Shown: positions 40,222-49,424 of the stretch, piece by piece | Numbering within the stretch: the first letter of the stretch is position 1 | Layout: every line of letters begins with the position of its first letter | DNA from: Acidobacteriota bacterium | GTDB lineage: Bacteria; Acidobacteriota; UBA890; WLXD01 | Direction: 5' to 3' | NCBI GenBank assembly: GCA_965205505.1 | Contig: CBDBHB010000008.1 | Coordinates: forward strand, 32,001 to 96,000 | DNA length: 64,000 nt | Position numbers and translations under genes: made by a program | Notes under the pieces: generated by a model | Seen by the model: the letters and a program-made list of their open reading frames with translations, nothing else | The model's database searches: none | What the model was told of the DNA's origin: nothing

Positions 40222-41022
40222 TCATTCCGTCCGAAATTCGGCGTCGAGACCGGGTTCCCAGCCTCGCCGGATGCGCTCCAGGAAGGGGCGATGCGTCAGG
40301 TCGAGGTGCAGCGGGCTGATCGATACGTAGCCGCTCTTCACCGCGGTGTAGTCAGTATCCTCGGGCTGTTCCATCGCCGTGGCCTCTCCGCTACCGACCC
40401 AGTAGCTGACGCGGCCGCGCGGGCTGACTGCCTCGTGCACGACCTGATCGTAGAGGTGCTTTCCCTGACGGGTGCAGCGCACCCCACGCACTGGATTGGC
40501 CGGCACGTTGACGTTGAGCAGAATATCGTCGGGTAGTCCCTCGGTGAGTATCCGGTCAGCGATCCGCCGGGCCACCCGGCACGAAGTGTCCCAGCAGAAG
40601 GTCGCCGCACCGTCCTGCCCACCTTCCCGGCTCGCCTGCTCCACCTGCGAGATGGCTATCGAGTGAATCCCCAAGATCGTCCCCTCTAGCGCCGCGGCCA
40701 CGGTACCCGAATACGTCACGTCGTCGCCGATGTTGCCGCCACGGTTGATTCCCGACGCAACGAGGTCGGGCTTGCGCTCGAGAACACGCAGCGCCCCGAG
40801 GTAGACACAGTCGGCCGGCGTTCCATCGACCGTGTATATACCGGGGTCGATGCGCCGCAGGGCCACCGGCCGATGCAGCGTAAGGGCGTGCGAGGCGGCG
40901 CTCTTCTCGCGGTCGGGAGCCACGACCGTCACCTCGCCAAGCGGGCGCAGAGCGTCAGCGAGAGCATGCAGCCCCGGCGAGTGGATTCCATCGTCGTTGG
41001 TAACGAGTATCGACTTGTTCAC
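40222..41022 (-). CDS. surE: 5'/3'-nucleotidase SurE
   Basis: ILVTNDDGI, DGTPADCV, SGINRG.N, YSGTVAAA.EG. Confidence 0.95.
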   Translation of the reverse strand: MNKSILVTNDDGIHSPGLHALADALRPLGEVTVVAPDREKSAASHALTLHRPVALRRIDPGIYTVDGTPADCVYLGALRVLERKPDLVASGINRGGNIGDDVTYSGTVAAALEGTILGIHSIAISQVEQASREGGQDGAATFCWDTSCRVARRIADRILTEGLPDDILLNVNVPANPVRGVRCTRQGKHLYDQVVHEAVSPRGRVSYWVGSGEATAMEQPEDTDYTAVKSGYVSISPLHLDLTHRPFLERIRRGWEPGLDAEFRTE

Positions 41023-41037
41023 AACGGATCTTGTTCA

Positions 41038-41083
41038 GTCGGGGCGGGGAGATTCGAGCTCTTGGCCCACTGACCCCAGTCAG
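41038..41083 (-). repeat. Degenerate 3' half of tRNA-Pro (att-like duplication)
   Basis: CTGACTGGGGTCAG..G..GAGCTCGAATCTCCCCGCCCCGAC aligns with the anticodon arm to 3' end of the tRNA at 42305-42378. Confidence 0.8.
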
Positions 41084-41130
41084 TAGACTTTGGTCCTGGG
41101 CGGGCAGCGTGGAGGTGTTCTCGGTGATCG

Positions 41131-41969
41131 TTAGCTTGCGGCGCCGTGCCTTTTACTCGGCATTCTGACCTCCCGTTCCCGACCCAGATCGTGACACTCG
41201 CTCTGGATCCGTTGCGGGGGGCGGCGCATCTCGGACTCCGAGAACTCCACGCACCGGTCCGGGTTGTAACCGATGACCAGGACGTCGCGGATAGCGGGTT
41301 GCCCAGACGCTTTGGGTCTGATCGGCGACACGCCGTGCATTACGTGCGGATCCCAGAGGATGAGCGAGTCCATGGACTCCTGGAGGGTGAGGCTCTCAAG
41401 CAGACACCGGTCGTTGTCGTAGACGCCGCTGATGCCCCCTACCACGTTCTGTCGCTGGACAAGGTGGACCCATCTCCATCGTGGTGGACGCCTTCCGGCG
41501 TCGGCTCGCCGGCTTCGTCCGGCTGCCCGATGATCCGGAACAAATGGACATCGATTGTCCACGTCCGTACGGCCTTCCAGCCTGCGACCGGAAACCGGCT
41601 GAAGTCGAATCGGATGAGCTCGCGGAGAAACGGGTTAGCGATGGTCGAGTCCTCTAGGGGAGCGAATCGTCGATCGATCCCGCCGGCGTAGCCGTTGACG
41701 TCAGGCGATTGGTAGTAGAGAGCCTGGCTCAGAGAGCGAAGCCTCCCGGTGGCGGGCGTCAGCTCGAAGTAACCCATACGCCGCGTTCGGAAGGTCGCGC
41801 CGCTCTTGAGGTAGCGGTCCGGCTGGAGGTGGTCCCACTCGTTCCACAGCCGTCTCTGCTCGCCCGACAGGCCCGGGGCGATCGAGAATCGACTCGCCGG
41901 GATCCACGCGTACCGGTTGTCGCGTAGATCGCAGTATGTCTCGGAGTCGCAGCGAATCAGGTCGGTCAC
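41131..41969 (-). pseudogene. 2OG-Fe(II) dioxygenase (2OG-Fe_Oxy_2-like), frameshift/deletion near 41470
   Basis: YYQSPDVN...GG..R.FAP, PTPEGVHHDG, then in another frame VHLVQRQNVVGG...HGVSPI...RDVLVI. Confidence 0.75.
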
Positions 41970-42304
41970 AGTGGATCCTATTCAGCGTGGGACGCGACAT
42001 CCGCAGGCTCACCATCTCCCTGGAAGCCCTTTCCGACCAGCCCGTGCTCGCCGTCATCCTCATTGCCCGAGGGTAACATGAGCAAAGAAGCTGCGATCCA
42101 GATGGGCAGCGTCGGAACATCGAGCCGACGATTGGAGCGATCCGCGGCGTTGGCCGGGCTCTCGAACCCGTCGTCGAGAGAATAGGCGTCTCGTTCGACG
42201 GTCGTCCGCGCGTCGCCGGGTAGAGCTTCTCGATGTGCTGGCCATGTTCGATGGCCACTCGACCGGACCCTGCCGATCCCGTGGCTGTGCGTTGAATCCA
42301 AGAG

Positions 42305-42378
42305 TCGGGACGGGGAGATTTGAACTCCCGACCCCCTGACCCCCAGTCAGGTGCGCCACCAAGCTGCGCCACGTCCCG
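42305..42378 (-). tRNA. tRNA-Pro(GGG)
   Basis: CGGGACGTGGCGCAGCTTGGTGGCGCACCTGACTGGGGGTCAGG...GTTCAAATCTCCCCGTCCCGA. Confidence 0.95.
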
Positions 42379-42410
42379 AAGCGAGGTCGGCGTGGTGCTG
42401 GCCGCCCCGA

Positions 42411-42770
42411 TCAGAGCTTGTCATTGGCCTCTAGCAGGGTCAAGATCGCATCGATCTCGCGCCGAGCGTCCTCCAGCAGCGCCGCCGAATCCGGTTCTCC
42501 CGCTCCGGTCGACTCCGACCGCAGCCGCCTTCGCGCCCCGGCGATCGTGTAGCCCTCCTGGTGCAGCAGGTCGCGGATTCGGAGGATAATCTCGATGTCG
42601 TCGGGACGATACATCCGCTGACCGCCGAGACTCTTGCGGGGGCGGAGCTGTGGGAACTCATGCTCCCAGTACCGTAGGACGTGGCTCTCCAGGTCGGTCA
42701 GGCTGCACACCTCGCCCATGCGATAGAAGCCCTTGCGATATCCGGTCGCGAGCGCTGTCGACTCACCCAT
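42411..42770 (-). CDS. MerR family transcriptional regulator (ihfA-linked type)
   Basis: GEV......HVLRYWE.EFPQL.P.K..GGQR.Y...LL..EGYTIAGAR. Confidence 0.92.
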   Translation of the reverse strand: MGESTALATGYRKGFYRMGEVCSLTDLESHVLRYWEHEFPQLRPRKSLGGQRMYRPDDIEIILRIRDLLHQEGYTIAGARRRLRSESTGAGEPDSAALLEDARREIDAILTLLEANDKL

Positions 42771-43047
42771 TTATCGCCTCGAGCAAAGCAGGTGCCGGAT
42801 GGAAGGAGACGGCTCGACGTGCCGGAATGAGCATGCTCTGCCCCGTGACCGGATTGACGCCTCGGCGTGGGGCGCGCTCGGCCACCTCGAAGGCGCCGAA
42901 GTTCGTGATCATGACCCTGTCGCCACGCTCGAGGCAACGCCGCAAGACGGTGAACACTCTGTCGACGTGTCTGACCGCGTCACCGACCGAAATCGCGGGC
43001 TCCGCGGCGTGGATGGCGTGGGCGATCTCTCGCTTCGTGAGCGTCAT
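42763..43047 (-). CDS. HU/IHF family DNA-binding protein (IHF alpha-like)
   Basis: LTKREIA, NFGAFEV, RRGVNPVTG..IPARR.VSF.P; upstream of MerR as ihfA usually is. Confidence 0.85.
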   Translation of the reverse strand: MTLTKREIAHAIHAAEPAISVGDAVRHVDRVFTVLRRCLERGDRVMITNFGAFEVAERAPRRGVNPVTGQSMLIPARRAVSFHPAPALLEAING

Positions 43048-43088
43048 GACGCCTTGGGGATGTATCTTGACCCTTGTTACGACGGGGA

Positions 43089-44450
43089 TTATAGCTCACC
43101 TTCCGTGTCCTTCTGGCGACGGTCCTTGGTACGGCGAATCCAAACGCGTACGGGCGTTCCGCTGAAATCGAACTCGTCGCGCAAGCGGTTCTCCAGGTAT
43201 CGTTTGAAGTTGTCTGGAAGCTTCCGGCGTCCCCCACTGACGAACACTACGAAGCTCGGCGGCCCGACTCTGGCCTGCGTCAGGTACTTCAGCTGCGGCG
43301 AGCCCGGCGGGCCCTGTGCCCCACGCTGCTCCAGGCGTTCGAACAGGGCGTTGAGGGTTGCGGTGGGGACGCGCCGCATGCGGTTCCGCTGAACGCGGTC
43401 GATGCGTGCGAACAAGCCGTCGACAGCGCGCCCGGTCTTGGCGGAGGTGAACGCAACATCGGCGAACCCGATGCGTCCCATTCGGTTCCGTAGCTCGCGC
43501 TGCCAGGCGTCCGCCCTTCCCGTTTGGCTGGTCACCAGGTCCCACTTATTGACCACCACGATGACGGCGCAGCCCGACTCGCCCGCCTCTGAAGCAATGG
43601 TGACGTCTTGCCGGGTGAGCCCGACAGTGGCGTCGACAACCAGCAGCGCCACATCGGCACGCTGCATCCGCCGTCGAGCTATCGTGACGCTCACCATTTC
43701 GACGAATCCCTCGCGGCGTCCGCCGCGCCGAATTCCGGCGGTATCGATGAGCAGATAAGGACGCTCGTCGCGCACCATCAACGTGTCGATGGCATCGCGC
43801 GTAGTTCCCGAAACCTCGCTGACGATCACCCGTTCCTGACCCAGCATGGCGTTCACGAGAGACGACTTGCCGACGTTGGGTCGCCCGACAACAGCGACCT
43901 TGATCGTCCCTTCGGGAAGCGGGTCGGGCTCGGCATCAGACGCCGGTAGCCTGGCGATGATGGCGTCGAGCAGGTCCGCCACCCCATCTCCGTGCTCCGC
44001 CGCGATGGTGAACACCGGCTGCACACCCAGCTCATGGAACTCCGAGGCGCTCGCCGCAGCGATCTGTTCGGTATCGCACTTGTTGACAACCAGCAGCATC
44101 AGGATGCCGCGGCGGCGCAATTCCATGACGATGCGCGCCTCGATGGGCACCATGCCCTGGCGAACATCGACCAGAAAGAGCACCAACTGGGCGTCTTCCA
44201 CCGCGTACAGGGCATGATCCTGGATCTTCCGCAGCAGCTCATCGGCCGACTCCCACTCGACTCCACCGGTATCGTTGAGCAGGAAATGGCGCCCCCCCCA
44301 CTCCGCCGCGGCGCAATGGCGGTCTCGAGTGAGACCCACCTCGGCGCCTACGATCGCCTGCCGGCGACCCAGGATGCGGTTGAACAAGGTCGACTTGCCG
44401 ACGTTCGGACGGCCGACGATTACGACTTCGGGTAGGCGATCTTCGGCCAT
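43089..44450 (-). CDS. der: Ribosome biogenesis GTPase Der
   Basis: Two GRPNVGKS P-loops, DTGG/DTAG, NKCD/NKWD, C-terminal KH-like domain. Confidence 0.95.
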   Translation of the reverse strand: MAEDRLPEVVIVGRPNVGKSTLFNRILGRRQAIVGAEVGLTRDRHCAAAEWGGRHFLLNDTGGVEWESADELLRKIQDHALYAVEDAQLVLFLVDVRQGMVPIEARIVMELRRRGILMLLVVNKCDTEQIAAASASEFHELGVQPVFTIAAEHGDGVADLLDAIIARLPASDAEPDPLPEGTIKVAVVGRPNVGKSSLVNAMLGQERVIVSEVSGTTRDAIDTLMVRDERPYLLIDTAGIRRGGRREGFVEMVSVTIARRRMQRADVALLVVDATVGLTRQDVTIASEAGESGCAVIVVVNKWDLVTSQTGRADAWQRELRNRMGRIGFADVAFTSAKTGRAVDGLFARIDRVQRNRMRRVPTATLNALFERLEQRGAQGPPGSPQLKYLTQARVGPPSFVVFVSGGRRKLPDNFKRYLENRLRDEFDFSGTPVRVWIRRTKDRRQKDTEGEL

Positions 44451-44549
44451 CGTTGGGGGCTCGGGCACGACCTCAGCGGCAGGTCTTAAAGACTATGCTA
44501 AGCTTCGGTTCTCTTCACTCGAATCGGCCCACTCGACCCTGAAAGCTGC

Positions 44550-44828
44550 ATGATCAAGGCAGATATCGTCGAGCGCATTGCCGCCGCCACCGGCATCCCG
44601 AAGATCCAGGCGGAGCGCGCCGTCGACCGCATCCTACAGGCGGTCAAAAACTCCCTCGCACGCGGGGAACGCATCGAGCTCCGGGGGTTTGGAGTGTTCG
44701 ACGTACGCCCGCGCAAGAGCGGCATCGGACGGAACCCTCGTACAGGAGAAGAGGTCGTTATTCCGTCGGGCAAGACGACTCGCTTCAAGCCCGGCAAACA
44801 CCTGTCGAATCTCCCTGTCGACCTCTGA
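44550..44828 (+). CDS. HU/IHF family DNA-binding protein
   Basis: MIKADIV, GERIELRGFGVF, GRNPRTG, RFKPGK. Confidence 0.92.
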   Translation: MIKADIVERIAAATGIPKIQAERAVDRILQAVKNSLARGERIELRGFGVFDVRPRKSGIGRNPRTGEEVVIPSGKTTRFKPGKHLSNLPVDL

Positions 44829-44845
44829 CCCGCGCAGCGAACCTC

Positions 44846-45880
44846 TTGCAACGCGACGATTCGTCCGCTCCGCCTCCCGGGCCCAGGCAATCTCCAGATT
44901 GGCCGTCGCCCGACCCGTCAGGTGAGCCGAGACCTCACGGCGACTACGGCACCGATCCCCAGACGACGCTGGAGCTGCCCGCACTGTCGCCCCCGCGTGG
45001 CCGACGACATACGGTGCTGTTCGTGTTGACCGTCCTGACCACAAGTTACTGGGGCTTCATCCAATATCAGATCTACTACCTCGATGACCTCGTCACGCTC
45101 AATCCCTTCTCCGAGCCCATGCTCTGGCTCGCCGGCCTACCGTATGGGCTCGCTGTCATCGCGTTTCTCCTTGCACACGAGATGGGCCACTACCTGGCTT
45201 GCCGGTACTACGGAATAGGTGCGACCCTGCCCTACTTCATTCCGATCCCGTATCTACCGGGGTTGGTGCTTCTGCCCGGCACGATGGGAGCCGTAATCCG
45301 CATTGTGTCGCCGATCAAGAGCCGTCGCGCGCTATTCGACATAGCCATCGCCGGACCGCTCGCCGGCTTCGTCGCGGCGCTCCCCATACTTGCAGTCGGG
45401 CTGGCGCAATCGCGAGTCGTGAACCTACGAGACCTCGGTGCCGGCACTATAACCATGGGCGAACCGCTGATCTGGGCGCCGCTGACTACCATCTTCGCGC
45501 CGCCGTTGGGCCCCGAGCAGACCCTGCTGGCACATCCGCTGGCCTTCGTTGGGTGGTTCGCACTGCTGGTGACCGCCATGAACCTGCTGCCGGTCGGGCA
45601 GCTGGACGGCGGGCATCTGCTCTACGCGATTACTCCCCGCCTACACCGCGCCATATCTCTGCTGATGGTGCTGGCGATGGTCGTTGCTGGATTCCGCTAC
45701 TTCAGCGGCTGGTTGGTCTTCGCGTTCCTGGTGCTGTTCGTGCTCGGAACACGCCACCCTCGCCCGTTGACCTTCGAGGGAAATCTCGGCCTGACCCGAT
45801 CGCTGTTGCTCATGCTGGCCATCCTCGTCTTCATGACTTCGTTTACGCTCGTGCCGGTGACGATCGACTTGAGCTTTTAG
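44846..45880 (+). CDS. Site-2 protease (M50 family)
   Basis: HEMGH, AIAGPLAG, NLLPVGQLDGGH. Confidence 0.92.
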   Translation: MQRDDSSAPPPGPRQSPDWPSPDPSGEPRPHGDYGTDPQTTLELPALSPPRGRRHTVLFVLTVLTTSYWGFIQYQIYYLDDLVTLNPFSEPMLWLAGLPYGLAVIAFLLAHEMGHYLACRYYGIGATLPYFIPIPYLPGLVLLPGTMGAVIRIVSPIKSRRALFDIAIAGPLAGFVAALPILAVGLAQSRVVNLRDLGAGTITMGEPLIWAPLTTIFAPPLGPEQTLLAHPLAFVGWFALLVTAMNLLPVGQLDGGHLLYAITPRLHRAISLLMVLAMVVAGFRYFSGWLVFAFLVLFVLGTRHPRPLTFEGNLGLTRSLLLMLAILVFMTSFTLVPVTIDLSF

Positions 45881-45914
45881 TCCCCTGAGTCGGGCTTGGG
45901 GCCACTAGCAGGCC

Positions 45915-46106
45915 GTGGTTGGCTCCCTGGATTCCGAGGCTAGCGATCAGGTGCAGGATGCGCAGCTTCGTCTCGATCGCCGGGTCGATCACCGAGGGCG
46001 ACTGCAGCCCGTCACGCAGGGTCTCGTCATTGAACTCGACCGGCAGCGTCTTCGTCGACGTCCGCGCCCCGTTCCAGTCGTATATGAGGTCGCTCTCCTC
46101 GAGCAT
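45915..46106 (-). pseudogene. N-terminal fragment of a LeuA/DRE-TIM metallolyase-like gene
   Basis: LIYDWN...DETLRDGLQSPSV.DP....KLRILHL...LGI, then similarity stops; only about 65 codons. Confidence 0.8.
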
Positions 46107-46957
46107 CAGCTGTAGTCGTAGAAGCCGCGCCCGCTCTTGCGACCGTGGTGTCCTGCAAGCACCATGCGCTTGAGCAATGGCGGCGGCGCGAACTGCGGTG
46201 TCCTGAACTCGTCGAACATGATGTTGGCGATGTAGTACGTCGTGTCGAGCCCCACGAAATCGAGCAACGTAAGCGGGCCCATCGGGTACCCGCAGCCAAG
46301 CTTCATAGCGTTGTCTATGTCCTCGGCCGACGCCAGCCCCTCGTCGAGCACGCGTATCGCATCCAGCATGTAGGGCACGAGCAAGCGGTTGACAATGAAG
46401 CCGGTGCGATCTTTGGCCACGACCGGAGTCTTGCCGATGGACTCGCCGAAGGCTCGCCCTGCCTCGACGACCACCGGATCGGTCAGCAGCGTAAAGACCA
46501 CCTCGACGAGCTTCATCAGTGGCACGGGAGAGAAAAAATGCAACCCGATGAACCGATCCGGCCGTTTGGTGATCACCGCCATCTCCGTGATGCTCAACGA
46601 AGACGTGTTGCTGGCGAAGATGGTGGATTCCTTACAAGCCTCGTCGAGGGCTGCATAGGTCTGACGTTTGATCTCGATGTCCTCGGTAACCGCTTCGATC
46701 ACCAGGTCGCAAGCGGCCATGTCGCCCAGCGTTGTAGTTCCTGTCAGCCGCCCCAGAACCTCGTCGACATCATCTTGTGTTGCCTTACCACGCTCGACTG
46801 CCTTGGCGAGGAAGCTGCGGATCCGATCCAGGCCCTTCTCGACGAGCTCCTCGTTGACTTCGCGGACGACAGTCTCGTAGCCGGCCTGGGCGCACACCTG
46901 CGCAATACCGCTGCCCATGAGACCGCATCCGACAACCCCGACCTTCTCGATTGACAT
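46106..46957 (-). CDS. hbd: 3-hydroxybutyryl-CoA dehydrogenase
   Basis: GCGLMGSGIAQV, ASNTSS, GLHFF.P, GFIVNRLL, GYPMGP. Confidence 0.92.
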   Translation of the reverse strand: MSIEKVGVVGCGLMGSGIAQVCAQAGYETVVREVNEELVEKGLDRIRSFLAKAVERGKATQDDVDEVLGRLTGTTTLGDMAACDLVIEAVTEDIEIKRQTYAALDEACKESTIFASNTSSLSITEMAVITKRPDRFIGLHFFSPVPLMKLVEVVFTLLTDPVVVEAGRAFGESIGKTPVVAKDRTGFIVNRLLVPYMLDAIRVLDEGLASAEDIDNAMKLGCGYPMGPLTLLDFVGLDTTYYIANIMFDEFRTPQFAPPPLLKRMVLAGHHGRKSGRGFYDYS

Positions 46958-46975
46958 TCCTGTCTCCCGTAACCG

Positions 46976-48157
46976 TCAGTCTGCCTGCAGGCACATAGCA
47001 ATTCCTTGGCCGCCGCCGATGCAGGCGGTCGCCACCGCCTTGCCTCCACCGCGGCGCCGGAGCTCACGCAGCGCGCTGTAGGTGATCCGTGTGCCAGTCG
47101 CCCCGAGCAGATGGCCGAGCGCGATGGCGCCGCCGTTCACGTTGACCTTATCTCGGTCGAGGCCCAGCTCCTTCTCCACCGCGAGATACTCGCCGGCGAA
47201 CGCCTCGTTGACCTCGATCACGTCGATGTCACTGAGCTGCCATCCGGCCCGTTTCAGAGCCAGCTGGGTCGCTGGAACCGGACCGATTCCCATGATGCTG
47301 GGGTCCACGCCCACAGTCGCCCACGACATGATCCTCCCAAGCCCCTCGTGCCCGCGCTCGCCTGCCCAACCGGCCTCGGCAACGACGATTGCCGCCGCCC
47401 CGTCGACCATGCCGCTGGCGTTGCCGGCGCTAACGAACGACTCCTGGCCGAACGCTGTTGGCAAGCCGGCCAGGCCTTCCAGCGTGGTCTCCGGGCGCAG
47501 ATGGTCGTCGGCATCGATTGCCATCGACTTGCCGCGCTGCTTGATCTCGACCGGAACGATCTCCTCAGCCAGCCGGCCCGCCTGTTGCGCGGCATGGGCC
47601 TTCTGCTGACTCTGCAGCGCGAACTCATCTTGTTGCTTGCGGGTGAAGCCGTACTTACGCGCCAAGTTGTCTGACATCATCGACATCGTGCAGCCGCAGA
47701 ATGGATCCATGAGGGACTCGATCAAGGAGTCCTTCATCTCGGCAGCCTGCATGCGGAACCCCTGGCGCGCCCCGCACACCACATGTGGCGCCATGGTCAT
47801 GTTCTCCATGCCGGCGGCAACGCCGCAATCGATCTCCTTGGTAAGGACCAACTGCGCGATGGAGATGATCGACTGGATGCCGGAGCCGCAAAGGCGATTG
47901 ACCGTGACCGCCGGAGTGGTCTCAGGAAGGCCGGCGTTCAACGCAACGTGACGCGCACCGTACAGCGCATCGGTCGACGTCTGCATGGCGTTGCCGACAA
48001 CCACGTGTTCGATATCTTCCGGAGCGACACCGGCGCGCTCCACCGCGGCGCGCGTGGCGACGCTACACAGATCGATGGCGGAGGTTCGAGCGAAGTCGCC
48101 GAGAAAGCGTCGCATCGGTGTGCGCGCGCCTTCCAGGATCCACAGGTCGCGGCTCAT
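46976..48157 (-). CDS. Thiolase (acetyl-CoA C-acyltransferase)
   Basis: NRLCGSG, EVNEAFA, NGGAIALGH, CIGGGQG. Confidence 0.92.
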   Translation of the reverse strand: MSRDLWILEGARTPMRRFLGDFARTSAIDLCSVATRAAVERAGVAPEDIEHVVVGNAMQTSTDALYGARHVALNAGLPETTPAVTVNRLCGSGIQSIISIAQLVLTKEIDCGVAAGMENMTMAPHVVCGARQGFRMQAAEMKDSLIESLMDPFCGCTMSMMSDNLARKYGFTRKQQDEFALQSQQKAHAAQQAGRLAEEIVPVEIKQRGKSMAIDADDHLRPETTLEGLAGLPTAFGQESFVSAGNASGMVDGAAAIVVAEAGWAGERGHEGLGRIMSWATVGVDPSIMGIGPVPATQLALKRAGWQLSDIDVIEVNEAFAGEYLAVEKELGLDRDKVNVNGGAIALGHLLGATGTRITYSALRELRRRGGGKAVATACIGGGQGIAMCLQAD

Positions 48158-48310
48158 CGAGTTCTCCTTCGTTATCGGCCGAGGACGCGCTTGACGCACG
48201 AAATCACGATCGGGTCCAAGCAGGTGGTCGCCGATTCGATCCAGCGAGTACCGGCGCCGTAGCGGTGACGGCGCGGCTGGCGGCGGGCGCCGAGACACGG
48301 CTATGTCCGG

Positions 48311-48700
48311 TCACCGACTTCGATTGTCCCACACGCCCCAAAGGCCGGCAAACGATGCCCAGACCAGCATCGTAACGACCGTCGTTGCCCCAACAACATC
48401 GGCAATCCAATCGTACAGTGAGGGTTCACGGCCGGGGATAAAGCTCTGATGAAACTCATCAGAGAAGCCGTACAGCGCCGCAAGCATCACCGCGATCACA
48501 CCGCGTCTGCGTGCTGCATGCGCCGCCGGCAGTCTGCTCCCGAGACCAAACCAGAGGGAGAGCGCCAGGACGCCGTACGCGAAAGCATGTTCGAGCTTGT
48601 CGATGCCCGACCCGGGCGGATCGAGAGAAGACTGGTGCGAGAGCCAGAAGATGCCGCTTGCTATCGCCACCGCCGGCAGCCAGCGCGCCACGCCAGTCAC
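48311..48700 (-). CDS. VanZ family protein
   Basis: DKLEHAFAYGVL...YGFSDEFHQSFIPGR...DWIAD. Confidence 0.9.
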   Translation of the reverse strand: MTGVARWLPAVAIASGIFWLSHQSSLDPPGSGIDKLEHAFAYGVLALSLWFGLGSRLPAAHAARRRGVIAVMLAALYGFSDEFHQSFIPGREPSLYDWIADVVGATTVVTMLVWASFAGLWGVWDNRSR

Positions 48701-48704
48701 TCGC

Positions 48705-48875
48705 TTACAGCAGCACGAAGTACATCATCCACGACATCAGGTAGGCGACACCCACCATTCCGGCAGCGATCCAGCCCGCCAGCACTGCCGCGTCGCGAGG
48801 ATCGTGTCGCAACATCGCCCCGAGAACGAGACCCACCGCCAGGCAAAAAATAGTGAGGAACAGGAAGTGAATCAC
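48705..48875 (-). CDS. 56-aa two-TM hypothetical protein (not in the ORF track)
   Basis: GTG directly after the upstream TAG; MIHFLFLTIFCLAVGLVLGAMLRHDPRDAAVLAGWIAAGMVGVAYLMSWMMYFVLL fills the operon gap. Confidence 0.7.
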   Translation of the reverse strand: MIHFLFLTIFCLAVGLVLGAMLRHDPRDAAVLAGWIAAGMVGVAYLMSWMMYFVLL

Positions 48876-49340
48876 CTACCGGCGTCCGATCGCGACATCG
48901 AAGGCATCGAGCACGACAAGCAGGTTGAGCAGCCCTGCAACAAGCGTAAACGTGTTGCCGTACTCGAAGTATGCGCCCTCGAGGTTGCCGTCGGCCCCGC
49001 CCACGGCGTGGGCGACCGCGAACGGGATGCCCACACCAGCGGCACCAAGCGCCGCCAGGTATGTCAGGGGCTCACCAGAGATGGGCCTGTACACCTTGCC
49101 CTCGAGTGCGATTCCGCCAACCAGCAAGGCGAGTACCAAGGATCCGAACATGAGTCCACGCCGCCAGCGGCCGAGGAACATGTGACCGGCTCCGGGCACT
49201 GCCCAGGCGAGAACGCAGCCGAGCACGACGCTCGGCGGCGCCACCGGCTCATCGCGGGCGACCGCCTCCGGCGCTCCGGTTTCTTCCGCGTCGCCAGCGA
49301 TGGATCCGTCCATAGAGATTTCGTCTGGGGAGTCGGTCAC
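48876..49340 (-). CDS. DUF6677-like membrane protein
   Basis: LAWAVPGAGH..LGR..RG...EYG..F..VAGLLN.LV.LDA.D. Confidence 0.75.
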   Translation of the reverse strand: MTDSPDEISMDGSIAGDAEETGAPEAVARDEPVAPPSVVLGCVLAWAVPGAGHMFLGRWRRGLMFGSLVLALLVGGIALEGKVYRPISGEPLTYLAALGAAGVGIPFAVAHAVGGADGNLEGAYFEYGNTFTLVAGLLNLLVVLDAFDVAIGRR

Positions 49341-49424
49341 ACTTTCGTCCCTCCTGCCGGGCTGATCGTAGACGTCGCCATCTATGGGCGCAAACAGCGG
49401 CCTGCTGGTCTCCCGCGCGGGATA

